64,000 nucleotides of DNA. It comes from Rhizodiscina lignyota (taxonomy: Eukaryota). The notes under the pieces were generated by a model that was given only the letters and a program-made list of their open reading frames with translations, ran no database searches and was not told the origin of the DNA. Each line of letters opens with the position of its first letter. Position 1 is the first letter of the stretch. A program made the translations under genes and the position numbers. The DNA lies in NCBI GenBank assembly GCA_010015805.1, contig ML978134.1, positions 620,001 to 684,000 on the forward strand, read 5' to 3'. Below are positions 22,742 through 37,101 of the stretch, one piece after another.

Positions 22742-24562
22742 GATAAAGGGGAGAAATGAATGTCAGGAAAGAAGAAGAAGTAGTGTTGTGAAGTTGTTTG
22801 GAGATAGGATGAATGAGAGAGAAACGACACATTTATATGTTTCCTGGAGATGGTTTTCATCTTCCAAGATCTTCTCATTACCATAACAAGATGCTATTTT
22901 TACATATCGTCGACAGCAATCTCCACGAGGGGCGGTGCGACGGGTCATTGCAATTGCGATGTGGAGGTCTAGTGTTGATGGTTTGTGCCATAATGGCGTC
23001 CAACACGAGGAGCCGTCTTCACATTCGCGCTTCTGATATGCTTGATTTCTCGAGGCTTAGCAGTAAAGCGGAGCAATTCGAGCGAATCTTATCCGCCATT
23101 CATTTCGGAAACTTTGCGTCGAAACTGTCCATGTAGGGTAGTACACATTGTGGCTGAAAGGCTATGGAAGAGTCCGTGGGAGAGTTCAAGTACGGTAAAG
23201 CTTCACTACTAGGGCCCCATATTAGCATCGGAGGCGTTTCATGCCTTACAATGGAGTCTGCGGGGTCAACCAAATAATGGAAACAGGAAAATATATGTGA
23301 ACGTGAAATCCTGACTGAGAACGAGATATTTGAGAGTGCCTGATGTGGAGCGGGAGCTGAACATGCCAAACCGACTCAGAATAGACCCCAAAGAGAGCAG
23401 CAAAACTACACAAACCATTCCTCCGTAAGGACATGCTCGATCCAGAGAACCGACTCAATGCTGTGGACGTTGGATGACCAGGTTACTCGCGTGCGGCCCA
23501 GAGCAAAAGTTAGGACTCCTAGGTTCGAGCTTGGCATGAAGTTGTTGTGGAGTTGCGCCTCAAAAGCTCGGGACCGAGAGGGCTCTGAGGAGGGTCGGGA
23601 TCAACAGGCACAGTCCTGATTTATCTAGTAGGCCAATCAAGCCCACAAGCCCAGTCGCACGTGGATCTGCGCCTGAATGGGAGGCCTGAGTGCGGCCTGG
23701 CCCAGAGCGTTATACACGATCTTTCCAATGGGAATCCCAGAATATCCATCTCTCATCTCCTCGAATTGGTCAATGTAGTTTAGCGACGTAAAGTACTCTA
23801 AAGCTCCGAAATGAGGTTCTATCTGGAAACACAACTGGGGGCGGAGGTGCACAAAACTTGTCCCTAACGATCAACTTCGGATTATCCGCACGCATAACAT
23901 TCCATCAATCATCACCTGTACAGCCGTCAAAGTAATGCTAGTGTGTTTTCATGGTCAATATCGCTCCGCGAACGGCTTCACAGCAAACGAACTAGCCAAT
24001 CATCGGTGAACCCCCCTGATTATTAGTCGCGCACGAAAATAGAATGTTCCTGCGTCTGGACTCCACTTCCAGAGAGCCTACAGTATCCTAGAGGTCAAGC
24101 TGCTTCAATTTCAGATTGACTTCCGTACCCTCGTTTCAAATGCAAAATCTTCGCATCATCCTCTTCACGAACACACCAGTAGCGGGGACAATTCACGATG
24201 GCAATGAGAATCTACAACGAGCATGATGGCTATCGCTTGATTCGAGTGCCGGGGGTATGAACGCCTTGATTCGCTTTCTTCAAGTGGTATCTGTGTATGT
24301 ACTGTACGCCATTAACCACAGCGCTATGCAGGAAAGCCACGATTTCCCATCTACCGAATTCATATCGACATCAACATCGACAGCACTTGCCGCTTATCGT
24401 ACGTAAGCCAAGCAGAGTGCGGTCTGGCTTCGAAAGAGACGCCGCCCAATAGACCTGGCTAGACAGTCCTGCGGCCGCATCATGAGAGTATTTACAGCCA
24501 TCCAGAACCATCTTTCTTCTCATCTTACCTCTGATGAGTTTCACCTCCTCCTCGTTTCCCCA

Positions 24563-27500
24563 TTATCCTCTGGCCAACAAGCTCCTAATCTTCTCCTGCT
24601 CGGCAGCTGAGAGAGACTGGAAGACATCCTCGAAGCCCGGCTTCGCAGCTTGTTCACGGAAGAACTGAATCAGGTACGCCTGCGTTTCGTCATCACGTTG
24701 ACGCTGGGGCATGTCTTCCGCGAAAGCCATGAGTTCTGATAAAGTTTTAGCATGTTCTCAATCATGCAGAGGAAGGGAAGAAGCATACCAGCTTTCGACA
24801 TGCCCAATCCCAAATCTACTATGGGGTTGGGCTCATCTTCCCAATCACCCTCGTCACTGCCCTCATCTACACTACCGGTGCCGTCTTCTACTCCGCCAGC
24901 GCTACCCGCAGAATTATTGCCGATGCGCCTTGCGCTTCCGCTGGCTGACAGCAACTCTTCGACCAGAACCTTGATGACTTTGATCGGCGCAGGAACAGTT
25001 GTGTACTGGTCCGGATGCTCTCGGGCACGGGACCGAGTCATAATGCGGCCAGTTAGCGAAGGGTTGATGATGAGGTCACCCTTCACCATAACTTGAGCGA
25101 GGCGAGGATCATGTAGGTCGTATAGCTTTGAGAGCGCAATGACGCTGATACTCTATGTTAGCGATAGATCCCTGTTCTGAGACCAACTAGTGAAGAGGGA
25201 GCGGCACTCACTTTTGCCTGATCTCATCGTAACCTGCGAAATTAACTGAATTCTCCAGCCATTTCGACATAACCACCTGCAGCCCGTTCTCTGCGTCAAC
25301 TTGCACCTGAGAGAGAAACTCCACAACTTCGCCGGCATTGTGGAGACTCAACCTCGCAAACACGAGAATCAAGCTCTGGATGAATTGTGCGCTTGTCGCA
25401 CTAGCTAACCGCACTGCCACAGCTTTTAGCAGCTGCAGCAAGAACGGGCCGAGCCTCTCGCTCCCGGCCTTCTCGACGACCTCGGCCGCTAGACCGCCCA
25501 CTTCGGCTGCGGCGTTGTCGTCGACAGTCGGTCCCAGAAGTCGATCGATGATGACGAGCACAATTTCAAGCCCAGCTTTGCCAGACTCGGGCTCGTGCCA
25601 CTCGAAGAGCTGTTGATAGTCGTGCATGAGAATGTTCTTCACGCAGGAGGTACATGATTTCAGAAGCTCCTCGTCCGTCGAATAGAGGAGTTGTCGCTGC
25701 AGTTTCGGCATAACTGTAGCGACGAAGCCTTGTGGAAGAGGTTCGGAGCCATGCGTTGCGAGGATGTCCAAAAGCTCTGCAGCAAGATTGGTTAGGGCAT
25801 TCTCCTCGGTCAGCGTACCAACGTCAAAGGCACCAGTCAGCGACGGAAGGACATGACGGCAGAGCTGCATATAAGCATCTGCCCCCGTCGCGGATAGTGT
25901 GCCAACAACTTCTTCAAATGTTTCATCGACGAGACTGATGAGGTTGAAGTTATTGGCACCATGCCTTGCGAGAGTGAAGAGCATGTCGAGCCCAGTTCCC
26001 TGAAGGCATATCGTTGTGTCAAGCAGGATGGCATCGCGAAGCGTTTCGACAAGAGTTGTCATCAGATCCTCACTCTCGGTAAGCTCTTGTAGGTCTTGCG
26101 CTGCCAAGTAATTTGACAGAGCGGAGATGATAGCATTTTGCATCGGCAGCATGACGTCGGGTGTGAGAGCTTGTGAATAGTACTGCATCGCACGAATACA
26201 GGATACTTGGACGACTTCAGATGAATCATTATTGATAGCTTGAAGGGTAGACTCCACGAACGAAGGCGCCGTCGATCTCATAGCATCAACGGCAGCACGT
26301 GTGAGGCTACCGGCGACCAGAAAACCACGAGCCCGAAGGAATTCCTCTTCTTGCTGCATAGCGTGTCGGATGAATTCCGTGAAGGAGAGAGCTGCTTCAG
26401 GGCTGAAGTTCCGATCCAAGTCTCGGAAGTCAATCAGGAGTTGATTGAGCAGGTACAGCGCGGCCTCCTTTAGCTTCCAGTTCTGTTCTGTCGAATAGAG
26501 CGATGCGGCATACGCCAAAAGCCCATCCACTGTAACTTGAGGAATCCATTCAGCAAGTTTGATGACAAGTTCCCCACAGGCACTTCGCGGTGTGTAGTTG
26601 GCAGTCACACTGGTCTCTTCCGAAATGAAGATGTTGACGTCGATGTTCCACAATCCTTCCTCTTCCGTTGTTATCTGCGCATACGCGACAGACATCCGCA
26701 TAACTTCAATCACCCAGCTAGTCTCACCCGCATTCTTTCCTCGTAGCTGTTGCTCGAGCTCTTTGCGAACTGGTGGGGCGCGCAGAATGGCCTGCATGAA
26801 ATCAAGTTCTTCAAGGACTAAGAAATCGAGCGAATACGGCAGGTTGTCGGCGTCTTCTAATCGACCTTGTCGTTGCTCTACAATGAACATTTGGTGATAT
26901 GCGCCTCGAACAGCGGTCAACTCATCCCAGATCGCGGAAAAGAGAACCGTGCTCTGCGGTGCTAGACTTGATGGTAAAACGGATCGTATTCTCATGAGCA
27001 CTTTGACGACTTGATTCTTCAGTGCGGTCATGCCCCGATAATACACAGTAGCGTCATCCTCTTTGCCATCTTCGGTCTCCGGTGGTGGTTCTGGCAGCCT
27101 TGTCTTGAGAATATTCAAGAAGAATGGTACCCAGTGTGAGAGCGCCTCATCAGTGAATGCCTTGACTGCTGCTTTGTGCACTTCCATTACTTGCTCCAGT
27201 ATGTCAAAGCAACCACGGAACACGTGGACAGCTAATGCTCTCAGCGTAGCCTTCCTCGAATCGTTGGCCGCAATGTCAAAAATTGACTTGATCAGCTCTC
27301 TCGCCACGGCAAAGAATTGTTCGTCGTTGAAGCAGTCATCCACAAGCTCGCCCAGTACCTTCAAGGCACCGTGCAGTTGCGCGTCTGAGCCAGTCTGAAT
27401 GACGTGCAGGACAGCAGGGAAAAGTTCTGGCCACTCCTCAGGGAAGTCTGCATTGGCAATCTTGCTGACAACGTAGCTAGCGGCACGTTTTATCTTCTGC

Positions 27501-27811
27501 TCTTCAATATCACTTGTGGCAAGCTCCAGAAGTATGTGCCGCAGTTGTCGCTTATTTTCATCGCTAACGAGTACTTGGCCCTTGAATTCGTCAAACTGAG
27601 GAGTCCACGCAGCTTGTATGAATGTCCGTAGGTACAGCAGCGAGGCTTGTCTAATGTTGACAGGTACTGATTCGTGTGACGCGACCGAGACGAGGCTTAT
27701 AGGGAAGGACGGCTCTGTGTACAGCGCCTGAAGCTGTAATTCGGCGTTCTTGCGGGGCCCTTCAGCCGAGCTCTGGGTCTCGGAAAGAAGGTGTATAACT
27801 TGCTGCTCCAT
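24563..27811 (-). CDS. KAP114: Importin-9 / karyopherin Kap114 (importin-beta family)
   Basis: IBN_N-like N-terminus, KIANADFPEEWPEL, HEAT repeats, WLENSVNFAGYDEIRQ, RIMTRSRAREHPDQYT, acidic loop. Last exon ends QAYLIQFF..LLARG*. Confidence 0.88.
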
Positions 27812-28398
27812 GATGGATCGTGATCTATGAAGCTATTAGCTATAGCAAAGGAATGGTTCGAGATTCCATCAAAGGGCGGTAAGGACCGGCAGAGGAGCGA
27901 CGAGTGAAGCGGGAGGTTTGCTGCCCGAGGAAGAGTCACGTTTGTGCAGCGGTCGAAATAGCTGGGCCGACAAACGCTTTGCGAGGCTGCAAAGTAGAGC
28001 AGAGAAGAGGTGATGGAGTTTGACGCGTCCTCTGATGGTTGAATTTGAGCGAGGCGTTGCAGGGGGAGGGGGAGGTGGAGAGGTTGTTGTGGTTGGATAG
28101 ACGTCAATGCAATATCAGAGGCAGTCTTGGCGCGTCAACAGCTACAAATATTCCGCACGCTAGCGACGCCCGCCGCGTGTTAGCGAAAGAGCTTTGAGCG
28201 CCGGCAGCGGCCGGTGTCGGTGCTGCCCCTCCCCACACTTGGGCACAAGGCAACCAAGATCTGCCATCTGCCCCTCGGTTATTGTTGCCGTAGGTAAGCA
28301 GCCGCCGGAATCGACGCGTCTTCCAACCTTCACGCGTCTTGCTGTCTCTCAGAGTCCACCCCAATGATGGTCGATCCATTGCTGCTTTGCCCTACAAA

Positions 28399-29253
28399 AT
28401 GGAGGACACTTCCGCCAATACGTTGACGTCTCTTACGTACACGTTCACGTCCTTCCTGACCATTTGCGTCCACACGATTCTCTACCAGCGCACCATCTAT
28501 CCTCGCGAATCCTTTCTTACCACTCGCGCCTACGACTTTCCCGTAGCACAGTCACGACATCCGAAAGTATGTCGGTGGATCAGTGATGCGGTGGCCGCGG
28601 TGGAAGCGCAGATGCTACGTGCTAACGACAAAACCGGGGAGGCTGGTGGCTGGGTCGAGAAGATTGTACTCGTAATATTCAGTGAAGAGAGCGAGGTCAT
28701 GGAAAGATATGTTTTCGACGTCTCAAAGCTTCCCCGCGTGCCGGGCAAGGAGATTGAGACTAGATTCATTCGCGAACAAGCCCCAGTTGGAGGCAGTTCG
28801 AAAGCTCCACAACGAGGGCAACCACATTTCATACCTCCATCACAACTCGAGGTTGACCTCGCAGAGCAGCTTCGTGCCAGCCTCTCCCAAATGTCAAATC
28901 TCAACTCCAGACTTGCGCCCCTGCCGAAGAACTGCACGTTTTCGCTCGCAATCGAGCTCTCGGATCCGGCGGACCCACCTGTTGGACACCCACGGCCGTG
29001 GATCCCAGTGGATCCTCGGCTACAGCGATGTGTCGATGAAGGCAACCGTAATGAAAGCACAGAAGAGAAGACAGGCCTGGGGAAGGCTGCAGTTGATGCT
29101 CATAGCAAGAAAACCACACCTGTGAGGAAGGTTGATGCTGGTGAGATGATATTCGAAATGTGGATTGAAGAGGCAAAAGCAAAGTTGGACGGGATGTCCA
29201 AGGAGAACCGACCATCAATCCCAACTTCGCAGCAGAACCTTGGACAAGGCTGA
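28399..29253 (+). CDS. REV7: HORMA-domain DNA polymerase zeta accessory subunit Rev7
   Basis: FLTICVHTILYQRTIYP..F, PVAQSRHPKVCRWI, ERYVFDVS, LPKNCTFSLAIE, PWIP. Confidence 0.9.
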   Translation: MEDTSANTLTSLTYTFTSFLTICVHTILYQRTIYPRESFLTTRAYDFPVAQSRHPKVCRWISDAVAAVEAQMLRANDKTGEAGGWVEKIVLVIFSEESEVMERYVFDVSKLPRVPGKEIETRFIREQAPVGGSSKAPQRGQPHFIPPSQLEVDLAEQLRASLSQMSNLNSRLAPLPKNCTFSLAIELSDPADPPVGHPRPWIPVDPRLQRCVDEGNRNESTEEKTGLGKAAVDAHSKKTTPVRKVDAGEMIFEMWIEEAKAKLDGMSKENRPSIPTSQQNLGQG

Positions 29254-29364
29254 ACATGACTTTAAACCGCAAATTGTGGCGTATCGCAGCCTCTAAAGAT
29301 CTTGATATTGAACTGTGAACTCTGCTCCTAAGCTTGTCCAATCTACCCCGCACTGGTCACCAAA

Positions 29365-30159
29365 CTAAGGCTTTTGGGCTTCTCGCACGAGCAGCCAATT
29401 CTCAGCGACGTGGTTGTCTTCGATATCCGGATACTTTTTCATATCAATCGGAAATTCGTCCAGCACGACAAAGCCGCACTGCTCGAACATATGCTTTGAA
29501 CTCGGTCTCGCAGGCACGAATGTCCGAGCACCAGCTTCGTCTGCGATTTTGTTGCAGTACTTCGTCAAAAGAGTACCGAGTCCGCGCCTTTGGTAGTCTG
29601 GATCCACCATGGTGCCACGTCGATCTGCGCTGCGTTTAGAAAATTGACATCTCTGTGCGGAGAGCAACGCTCGTAAATACTTACGAAAGTCCTTCTCAGG
29701 ATCGTATCCGTATGGTGCCGCGCATCCGAGAAACGCAAACATCTCCTTCATCAGTCCCTCGTGCATTCCTGGCGCTGGCGGCGGCAAAATCTTTCCACTC
29801 GCCATTTCCTTCTCCTTTTCTGACTGTGGGCCCGCATATTGGAGGCATGTCCATGCGATTATCTTCCTAATCAATGTAGAGATCAGCTTTCGACCATGTC
29901 GACGGGATTCATGCCCAATCTAGCGCATAGTTGATCGTAGATTGACGAACCCGCTCTCATCCTTCACACCGAAGTAGTGGTAATTAGGCCCACTAAAGCC
30001 TTCAATGAAGATATCCTTCATCCATTTGTGTTGGGCTTCACGTGTGACGTTGCGATTTGTTGGTTCCCACAAGTCGTCCGTTTTCCAGGCATCAAGAATG
30101 ATGTCCACGACTCGGTCGCCTTGTGCGTGCCCATCAAATGGAGTGACTGTGTATCCCAT
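29365..30159 (-). CDS. GNAT family N-acetyltransferase (about 3 exons)
   Basis: Acetyl-CoA motif A VDPDYQRRGLGTLL and FEQCGF. N-terminal exon MGYTVTPF.. on the same strand. Confidence 0.85.
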
Positions 30160-30792
30160 TTTCGAAGCTGAGCTTGGCTTCACGGATAGAGAGTCGAAGA
30201 GAACTCTCAAAGGGTTGGTGAGCGCATCGAGACATCTTAAATATCTCTATTCCACGGACAGTCCAATTCTGCTAAAATAAAATAAGGCAGTTGCTGCGAT
30301 TTGATAGCAGGGGAGTATGTAAGCTTACTTTGCGATGGTCATTACTCCGTATACCTATCAAATAGTTGCCTAAGTAGGTATAGGTAGAACGTCCTGGTAA
30401 CCGAAAAGGGCACAAAATGTTCTAGTCTTCAGCCTCACCATTGGACTTCTTAACTGTTTAACCCTGTATATAAATCGATTTTAGGTTTGCACGGAAAGTG
30501 CTCTTGGAGATTTGAACCTCGAAGGGTTCGAGCAACGTGATGCAGTTGTAAGGATTCAACTTGCCGCGACTGAGAAGTTTATAATTTGAGAACATCCATA
30601 AAAGTCGCTGTGCTGAATGCTTTCTCTCAGCCGCACCTCTTTCCGTTTAGAGATAGATACCGCGCCACAGGACCGAAACGAAATCCAACAGCATTTGTTT
30701 TCAATGATAAGGCTCTCCACATATACGCTCACCACATACACCCCCGGGCCTGGGGTTGGTTCAATGTCGTGTATCAGAAATCACCTCAATTC

Positions 30793-33700
30793 TTAGTAAG
30801 CGTCCGGGCGCGGCCGCCATGCGGGCATCGGGCTCAGCTCCACTGGCCCGTAGCTCGTTTGAATTAGAGCTGTCGACTCCAGGTGTAAGCCTTCCACTTT
30901 CGCGCCTGTGGAGTTCATCGCCCACAGGGATAACGCGATGTAGTTCGTTCCGTCATAATTGAGGATTCCCTCAGGAACCGGAAATGCCGTCTGCGGCCCA
31001 ATATGATTGACTATCTCGTTCGTCAGTCGAGTCGCGGGATGCGATGTGCAGCAAGAATCCTCACTATACTTCCCAAACTGATATCCATTGACGTACAACT
31101 GGCTGCGGTAGGGGATTCCTGACGAGTTTGTAAATACAAAACTCAGTGGGATATCGTAGCCCTTGGGCATATCCAAATCGAAGGACGCGCTTGTGCGATA
31201 AAGATCAGTACTGTAATTGCTCGGCTTCGGACAAACAACTGATCACTCACAAATAAAAGGATACGCCAGCGTTCGAGACACCCGCTGAAGGACTACCGGA
31301 CGAGAATTTGTCCGTAGGAGGCCCCGGCAGGTGCCAGCCTTGACGCTCTGCAAACATAGCGCCCTCATTCAACGGACCGCGAACTCGATCCTGGTAGTCT
31401 TCTCCGCCGAGATTACCGGTGACCTTCCAAGAGATCTCAGAGGCGGACCGACCCGCAAGTGTGTAGTCCAAGATGCCGCGAGGCATTTTCATCTGATCCA
31501 ATCAGTTTGCGAACAGAAATGAACTCGGAACAGGATACGTACTGTATCTGAGTAGATCGGCCCACTCTCTTCATTCCCCATGTGGTCAATCAGCACCGTC
31601 AAGACATAGGGTTTGCCGCGTGTCAATGGAGGCAAAGTCAGGTTCTGAGTAAAATGCGACTCATCCCCATCTCCGATCCAGGACCCCAGGAAATGCTCAC
31701 CAACCCACACAGATGCGCCATACCCTTCACCGCCTTGAGTCTGGATGGAAAATGCCGACTCCTTTCCGTTGGCAGTGAAATGACCCCTGTAAATCAAGCT
31801 TCCGCCGTTATATCCGTAATCGCTTGAGTACAAGCTGGTAGGCGTTGTCAGGTTTCTGGTCTCGGTATTATTCGTGTACGTATGGTCAGCCTTCGTCCAT
31901 TTCGAATCATCGTATGAGGGTTGGATTTCCGGGAGGCTATCAACCGTCTTCCAGTGCAGAGACAACAGATCCGGAATATGACTCTTAGGAACCTCGAACT
32001 CAACAACAGCCGAGATTGCTCCAGTAGCGTGGCTCTCTTCAAGATGACTCGCGCGTCTGCCATTAAAGGAGAGACCGTCAACTTTGGTAGGCGCACTTAT
32101 CACCTCGAAGGAAGTGGTTGCATTGAGATCGCCAGTCAACGCCAGCATGCCAGTCTTGATATCTGCCGTCCGGAGGAGATAGCCTGCCTTCACGATGACC
32201 GGGTCCGATTTTGAATAACGGCTTCCATCTTCGGCAGGTAAGTCGAGAACCCAATAATTATACGCGGAATTGCGATCTGTACTTGTCAATTTACGCTGCA
32301 GCATGATACAACGATTACACCTTACCAAGGAGATAGATGGTCAGTGAGCCTATGTCAACTATGGCCCGCTGATCACTGACGCGCCATTGGAAGGTTAGCC
32401 TGCCTCCTGCTATTTTGGACTTTCCAATATGCCCTTCAATTATTTTGGGGTGCGCATCTGTCTCCAGTGCTATCTCATGAGTCTCCCCCGGTCCTCCATA
32501 TAAAAGTACAGTCGTCTTTGAACCATAGCTCGTCCTAAGCAAAATCAATAATTGATCATAGCGGGAAGGCTGTTGAACCGTACCATGTGAAGACTTCCGC
32601 GGTGGAGTAAAGCAGCACATGAGAGCCCACAGGATAGTCAATAACGTGCACCTTCACAATTAGCTTTGAGGTTCGCGGGAAAGAGCATGTCTCAAAATTA
32701 GACATATTGTATTGACTTACTTTCGAATCTCGGCCGTTTAGGGTCAAACTCCCGCCCAGCTGCGGAAGCGTCAGGTTTCCAGCGGAGCTCGGAACTCTTA
32801 ATGTATATGGAGTGGTCGCTGTGCTGGTCCAGTCCGTGTGGCGAACGACATAAAAGCTGGTAAGATTAGTCGTAAGAGGAGTTACGTTGATTTCTGAAGT
32901 ATTTGCGTATTCGGATTGGTTTGTCTGGTTGTGAGGTTGTGCAATCAGGTACCCGGGAGAGACCTTAAAGAAGTTCGCTTGAAGCTTGAGTTCCGAGTAC
33001 TTTTCTCGCCAGACCGTACGGTCCTCTTTGATGGGACCCCCGTAGTCATAGCTAGTATAGCCGACAGCAAATCCTAAGTTACCCCAGTTGGTGCCTCCGT
33101 AGCCCTACCCTTTTATTAGATTCCTTCTTAGAGTCAGTCTAGATACTTACCATGTACAGATTGAATATCTTTACACCAAAACTGTAATCGTTTTTGTAGT
33201 ATACTCGTTCAAATTCGTTGTTCAACAAGATCGCACAGTCATCGTATCCTGGCCCACCCCATGGGTCAAAAGAGCCACCTTGGAACTGCTCTGGTCAGCC
33301 TGCTGTGCCACGTACTGTACAAGATAGAACTTGTCGTATACCTCTACGATTGCGTATGGGGTAGAGGGACTTTGCTGTTCATGAACGGCGTAAAAGTCGG
33401 TGGGGAAGTAACTTCCGGTCCAGTTATATGGGTGAGAGCAATCAAAGCCTGTCCAAGAAATCAGTTGTCATTCAGCGCCAGTTCTGCCAGCACTCACCGA
33501 GCGGGTATGAGTCATGGCCGTATATGTCGACTTCCCCAAGACCTGTACCAGGGGCGAAGTATCCGTAGTTCAGACCGTCATTGTTAATAAAAGGTACAAC
33601 GATACCGGCTTTTCGATACGCGTCTTCAACTGCTTGCATGTATGCCTTGTCAAGGACATGTCCGTCCTCTGGATGACTGTACTCGCTGTACGAGAGTCAA

Positions 33701-34538
33701 TTCACGCGAAATTTACGCTGTTGCATAATGCTTACTTCTCCGGTTGGAGTAGGAGGATCGGGCCACCTTTCGTGATTTGCCCTTCAGCCATTATAGGCCC
33801 AATTTTGCTAATGTACCCTTCAACGGCATTTAGAAAATCCGGAGCACTCGTGCGAATATGCCCTCTCGTTCGTTGGATCCATCCCGGGAAGCCTTGACCA
33901 TGATCAGCACATTGTAGCGTTCATGGCTCGGGTCAAAATCGCAAGACCTACCACCTCCGGAGCTCTCCGCATTGATATATGGTCCGGGTCTCTGAAGAGC
34001 ATCAGCAGATCTAGAAGGCCGGGTGACTACCAGAATTTCTCACGGCAAGTAGGTATATGCCGGCATCTTTCGCGGCTTTGAAAAATGGTTCGAACCCAAA
34101 GACACCTTCTGCAGAAAAGTCGCCTTGCTTGCCTTCGAGCAAAGCCCAATCGACGTAGAATGAGACAGTATTGAAGCCAAGAGCTTTGATCTTCTGAAAG
34201 ATGTCAAGCCACAGACCAGGAACTGGCAGTCTGCATTTCATATGAGCATGTAAAGTTTCGAGATTGATTGCAGACACACGTACCGAAATGGATGAAACTC
34301 GCCGCTGTATATCATGAGACGCTCGCCATTGATCATAAGAGAATGCTCATCCCAGGTGACCTTAAAAATTAGGATCTATCATAGCTTTGGGTTTCACATA
34401 TGATTTTCCTAGACATACAATGTTCTGAAGCAAATGTTCTCTCTTCTGCGGGAACAAGCCATGGGTAGAGCGGCCATGCACACCACATGTCCCGAGATGA
34501 AGAAAGACCCAGCACCAAAGAAATGTCACGAAAAGCAT
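30793..34538 (-). CDS. Secreted beta-galactosidase, GH35 (LacA-like), multi-exon
   Basis: Signal-like [96 protein letters not shown]. Confidence 0.93.
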
Positions 34539-35325
34539 TTCGAACGAATTGATTCACCAACCTGCGATGCCATACCAGCGGACGAAATCTATGTATCATA
34601 CAGACCACAAAAGATCATCAAGGTAGATCCCTTGCGCGTCGGTAATAGCTCGTCCGTCAGTCCATTTATTCTGCGGAGAGAACAGACGTTCAGCAGCACC
34701 ACGCTCATACTAATTCCCCGCATTCTCACAAGAAGATCTTCGTAGGGAAGAAATCTGGCAATGGGACCTGCAGGAGCCAAAGTTGCCATTCTTCTACTTG
34801 AAGAGAAGGTTTGGACGCGTAGCGTGTGGGCGGAAGACGCGCCCAATGGCACCTTACCGATTTCGGTTAAGGGCCACGGATCTCAAGCCACCAGGTTTCC
34901 CAGCCTTTTCAATTTGCTTTCTTTCCTCGAAGAACAGCAACATAGCTTTCCAACCTCATCATTACTAGCTTTGGGTCAATCGCTCATCACTTCGTACAAG
35001 CGGACATATCGTGACACAGCTGTATTCGCGGTACATATCTCTCCCGACCATGTGTAGGAGCGAATCGATCGTCTCGTGCGTACCCAGCATGACCCATGTG
35101 CAAGATTCTCCGCATCATCGGTCGGCAGCGCCTTGTGCACAATAATTCTCTATGGATGATCCCAAGGCAGAGAGTAAGGATCTGCGGGCTATTTCTGACC
35201 GAGTTGCTTCTTCTCCGTTGGGACTGCACTCTAAGTGCGTACAGCTGATATACAACCTCGTTTGCGTAGGTCATTAATTTGTTCCTCAATTGCCAGTCAA
35301 AGCCGTTCCTGGTGACTCTCCAATC

Positions 35326-37101
35326 ATGTTGATGCTCGTTCCGTTCTTTCTATTATTTACTTTGACCATCTCAACAGAGGTTACTTTGAAACCTTGGAAG
35401 TATCGATTTGATTCGGACGGGAATCTACTCGATGCCCACGATGGCAAGCTATACTACTTTGAAGAAAAGTATTATCTCTATGGAACAGCATACAACTGCG
35501 GGTTTCGTTGGCGAACGGCGAACTTCACGTCGCCATTCTGTGGGTTCAAAAGCTACTCGAGCACGAATATGAAGGTGTGGAAGGATGAGGGCTTCTTATT
35601 CAACGCCAACACGACAGAATGGCAGGGCCGTTGTGCCTATGAAGCTGCATGCTTCCGACCGAAGGTACTCCAAAACCCGAAGACGAAGGAATATATCATG
35701 TGGATGAACGAAGGGGCTGCCGAGTATAGCTACACAACGTTTACTTCCAGCCATCCCACTGGGCCTTTCGTAGAGAAGGCCCAACCAGTGATGGCATATG
35801 CTCGAGGGAGTGAGAGCTATGGAAATGGAGATTTCGGGATCACTATCGGGCCAAACGGGACTGTAAGTGTACATCAACTCGCTGCTCCATGTGCTGATGA
35901 CGAGGAAGGGCTACATTGTCTACGATACCACTCCAGTCGTCTCAACACATGGCTACTTGGAGATTTCGAATATCACGTTTGGGATCGTTCAAGAACTCAG
36001 CGATGATTATACCTCCACAAAGCCGAATTGGATGATAACTGGCAACGTAAACAATATTGAAGCATGGGACATGTTCTATCGAGGTGGCTGGTGGTATCTA
36101 ACGGTGCGTAAGCTGAGCGAAGAAGATATTGTCTGCTGATCTAGATTCAGTTCGGGCATATATGTGGTTACTGCACTGCTACTGATACGTCATACATAAA
36201 GAGCAAAAGTCCGTGGGGACCATGGCTCGAAGAAAATCGCGTCCGTCTCACAAATACCTCCTGCGGTGGTCAAAATACGATGGCGTCCCAGATTCCAACT
36301 AATGCCAATTCGAGCGGACTGCAAGATACGTGGATCATCGGCTCTGACTTGTGGACAGGAGACGTGAATGAAGGCAAAGCGGGCTTGCACTGGGAACCTC
36401 TTCGATTTCTACCCAATGGTGATATCGAACCAATTAGCTGTAATGCGCAAGAGTATCACACAGATATCCCCGTATCTGAATCCCCAGTCAAGGATGTTGT
36501 CGAAGATGCGGCCGTTCACAGTACTACAGGAGATTTTAACTGGAATTGCGGTTTTGGAATCCAGGCGAAGAGCATTCTCTTCCAATTCTTCCAAGCCACC
36601 AAAACAGGAAATGTCACAGAATTTGGCGTCAATGTTGCTCAACAAGCGTAAGCACAATATCGGAACTCTCAGCTTCTCGGGACACTAATTGACGATATAA
36701 GGAACAATGCGGACATGTCGATGAGCCTGATACAGGTCACTAGCAATATAGGCGACCTCTACACCACTCAAGGCCGTACCGACAGTCTCTGGGGCGGTAC
36801 GTACCCAGTTGCCAATATTGGCTGGTCCTTCCCGATGGTTAAGGGACAACCAAACGTCACAGTAACAGAGGTACGAACTACTGTGAACGCTGTGAATGTG
36901 TTCCTAATTGTTTACTAGGGTACATGGTACGGCATACAGCTATCGTCTAGGGCAGCGTCCATTCCATATTGCTATCTCGAGCGGAACACGAGTGCTGAGA
37001 CGGGCGGCACAAGGAGCTTCATGGCCGAGCAACAGCAGGGACGATATCCGCTTACTCCCATACCGGGGAAGGAAATGCGGTTCTATTTGCAAATCGAATA
37101 A
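35326..37101 (+). CDS. Secreted GH43-like five-bladed beta-propeller glycoside hydrolase with C-terminal extension, multi-exon
   Basis: Signal peptide, LLDAHDGK..YYLYGTAY, FRPKVLQNPKTKEYIMW, NGDFGI, IEAWDMFYRGGWWYL. Later exons splice through to ..EMRFYLQIE*. Confidence 0.78.

Noticed and set aside
23637..23852. Protein-like short minus-strand ORF
   Set aside because: No ATG start, recognisable motif or linkable exons; at most a relic.
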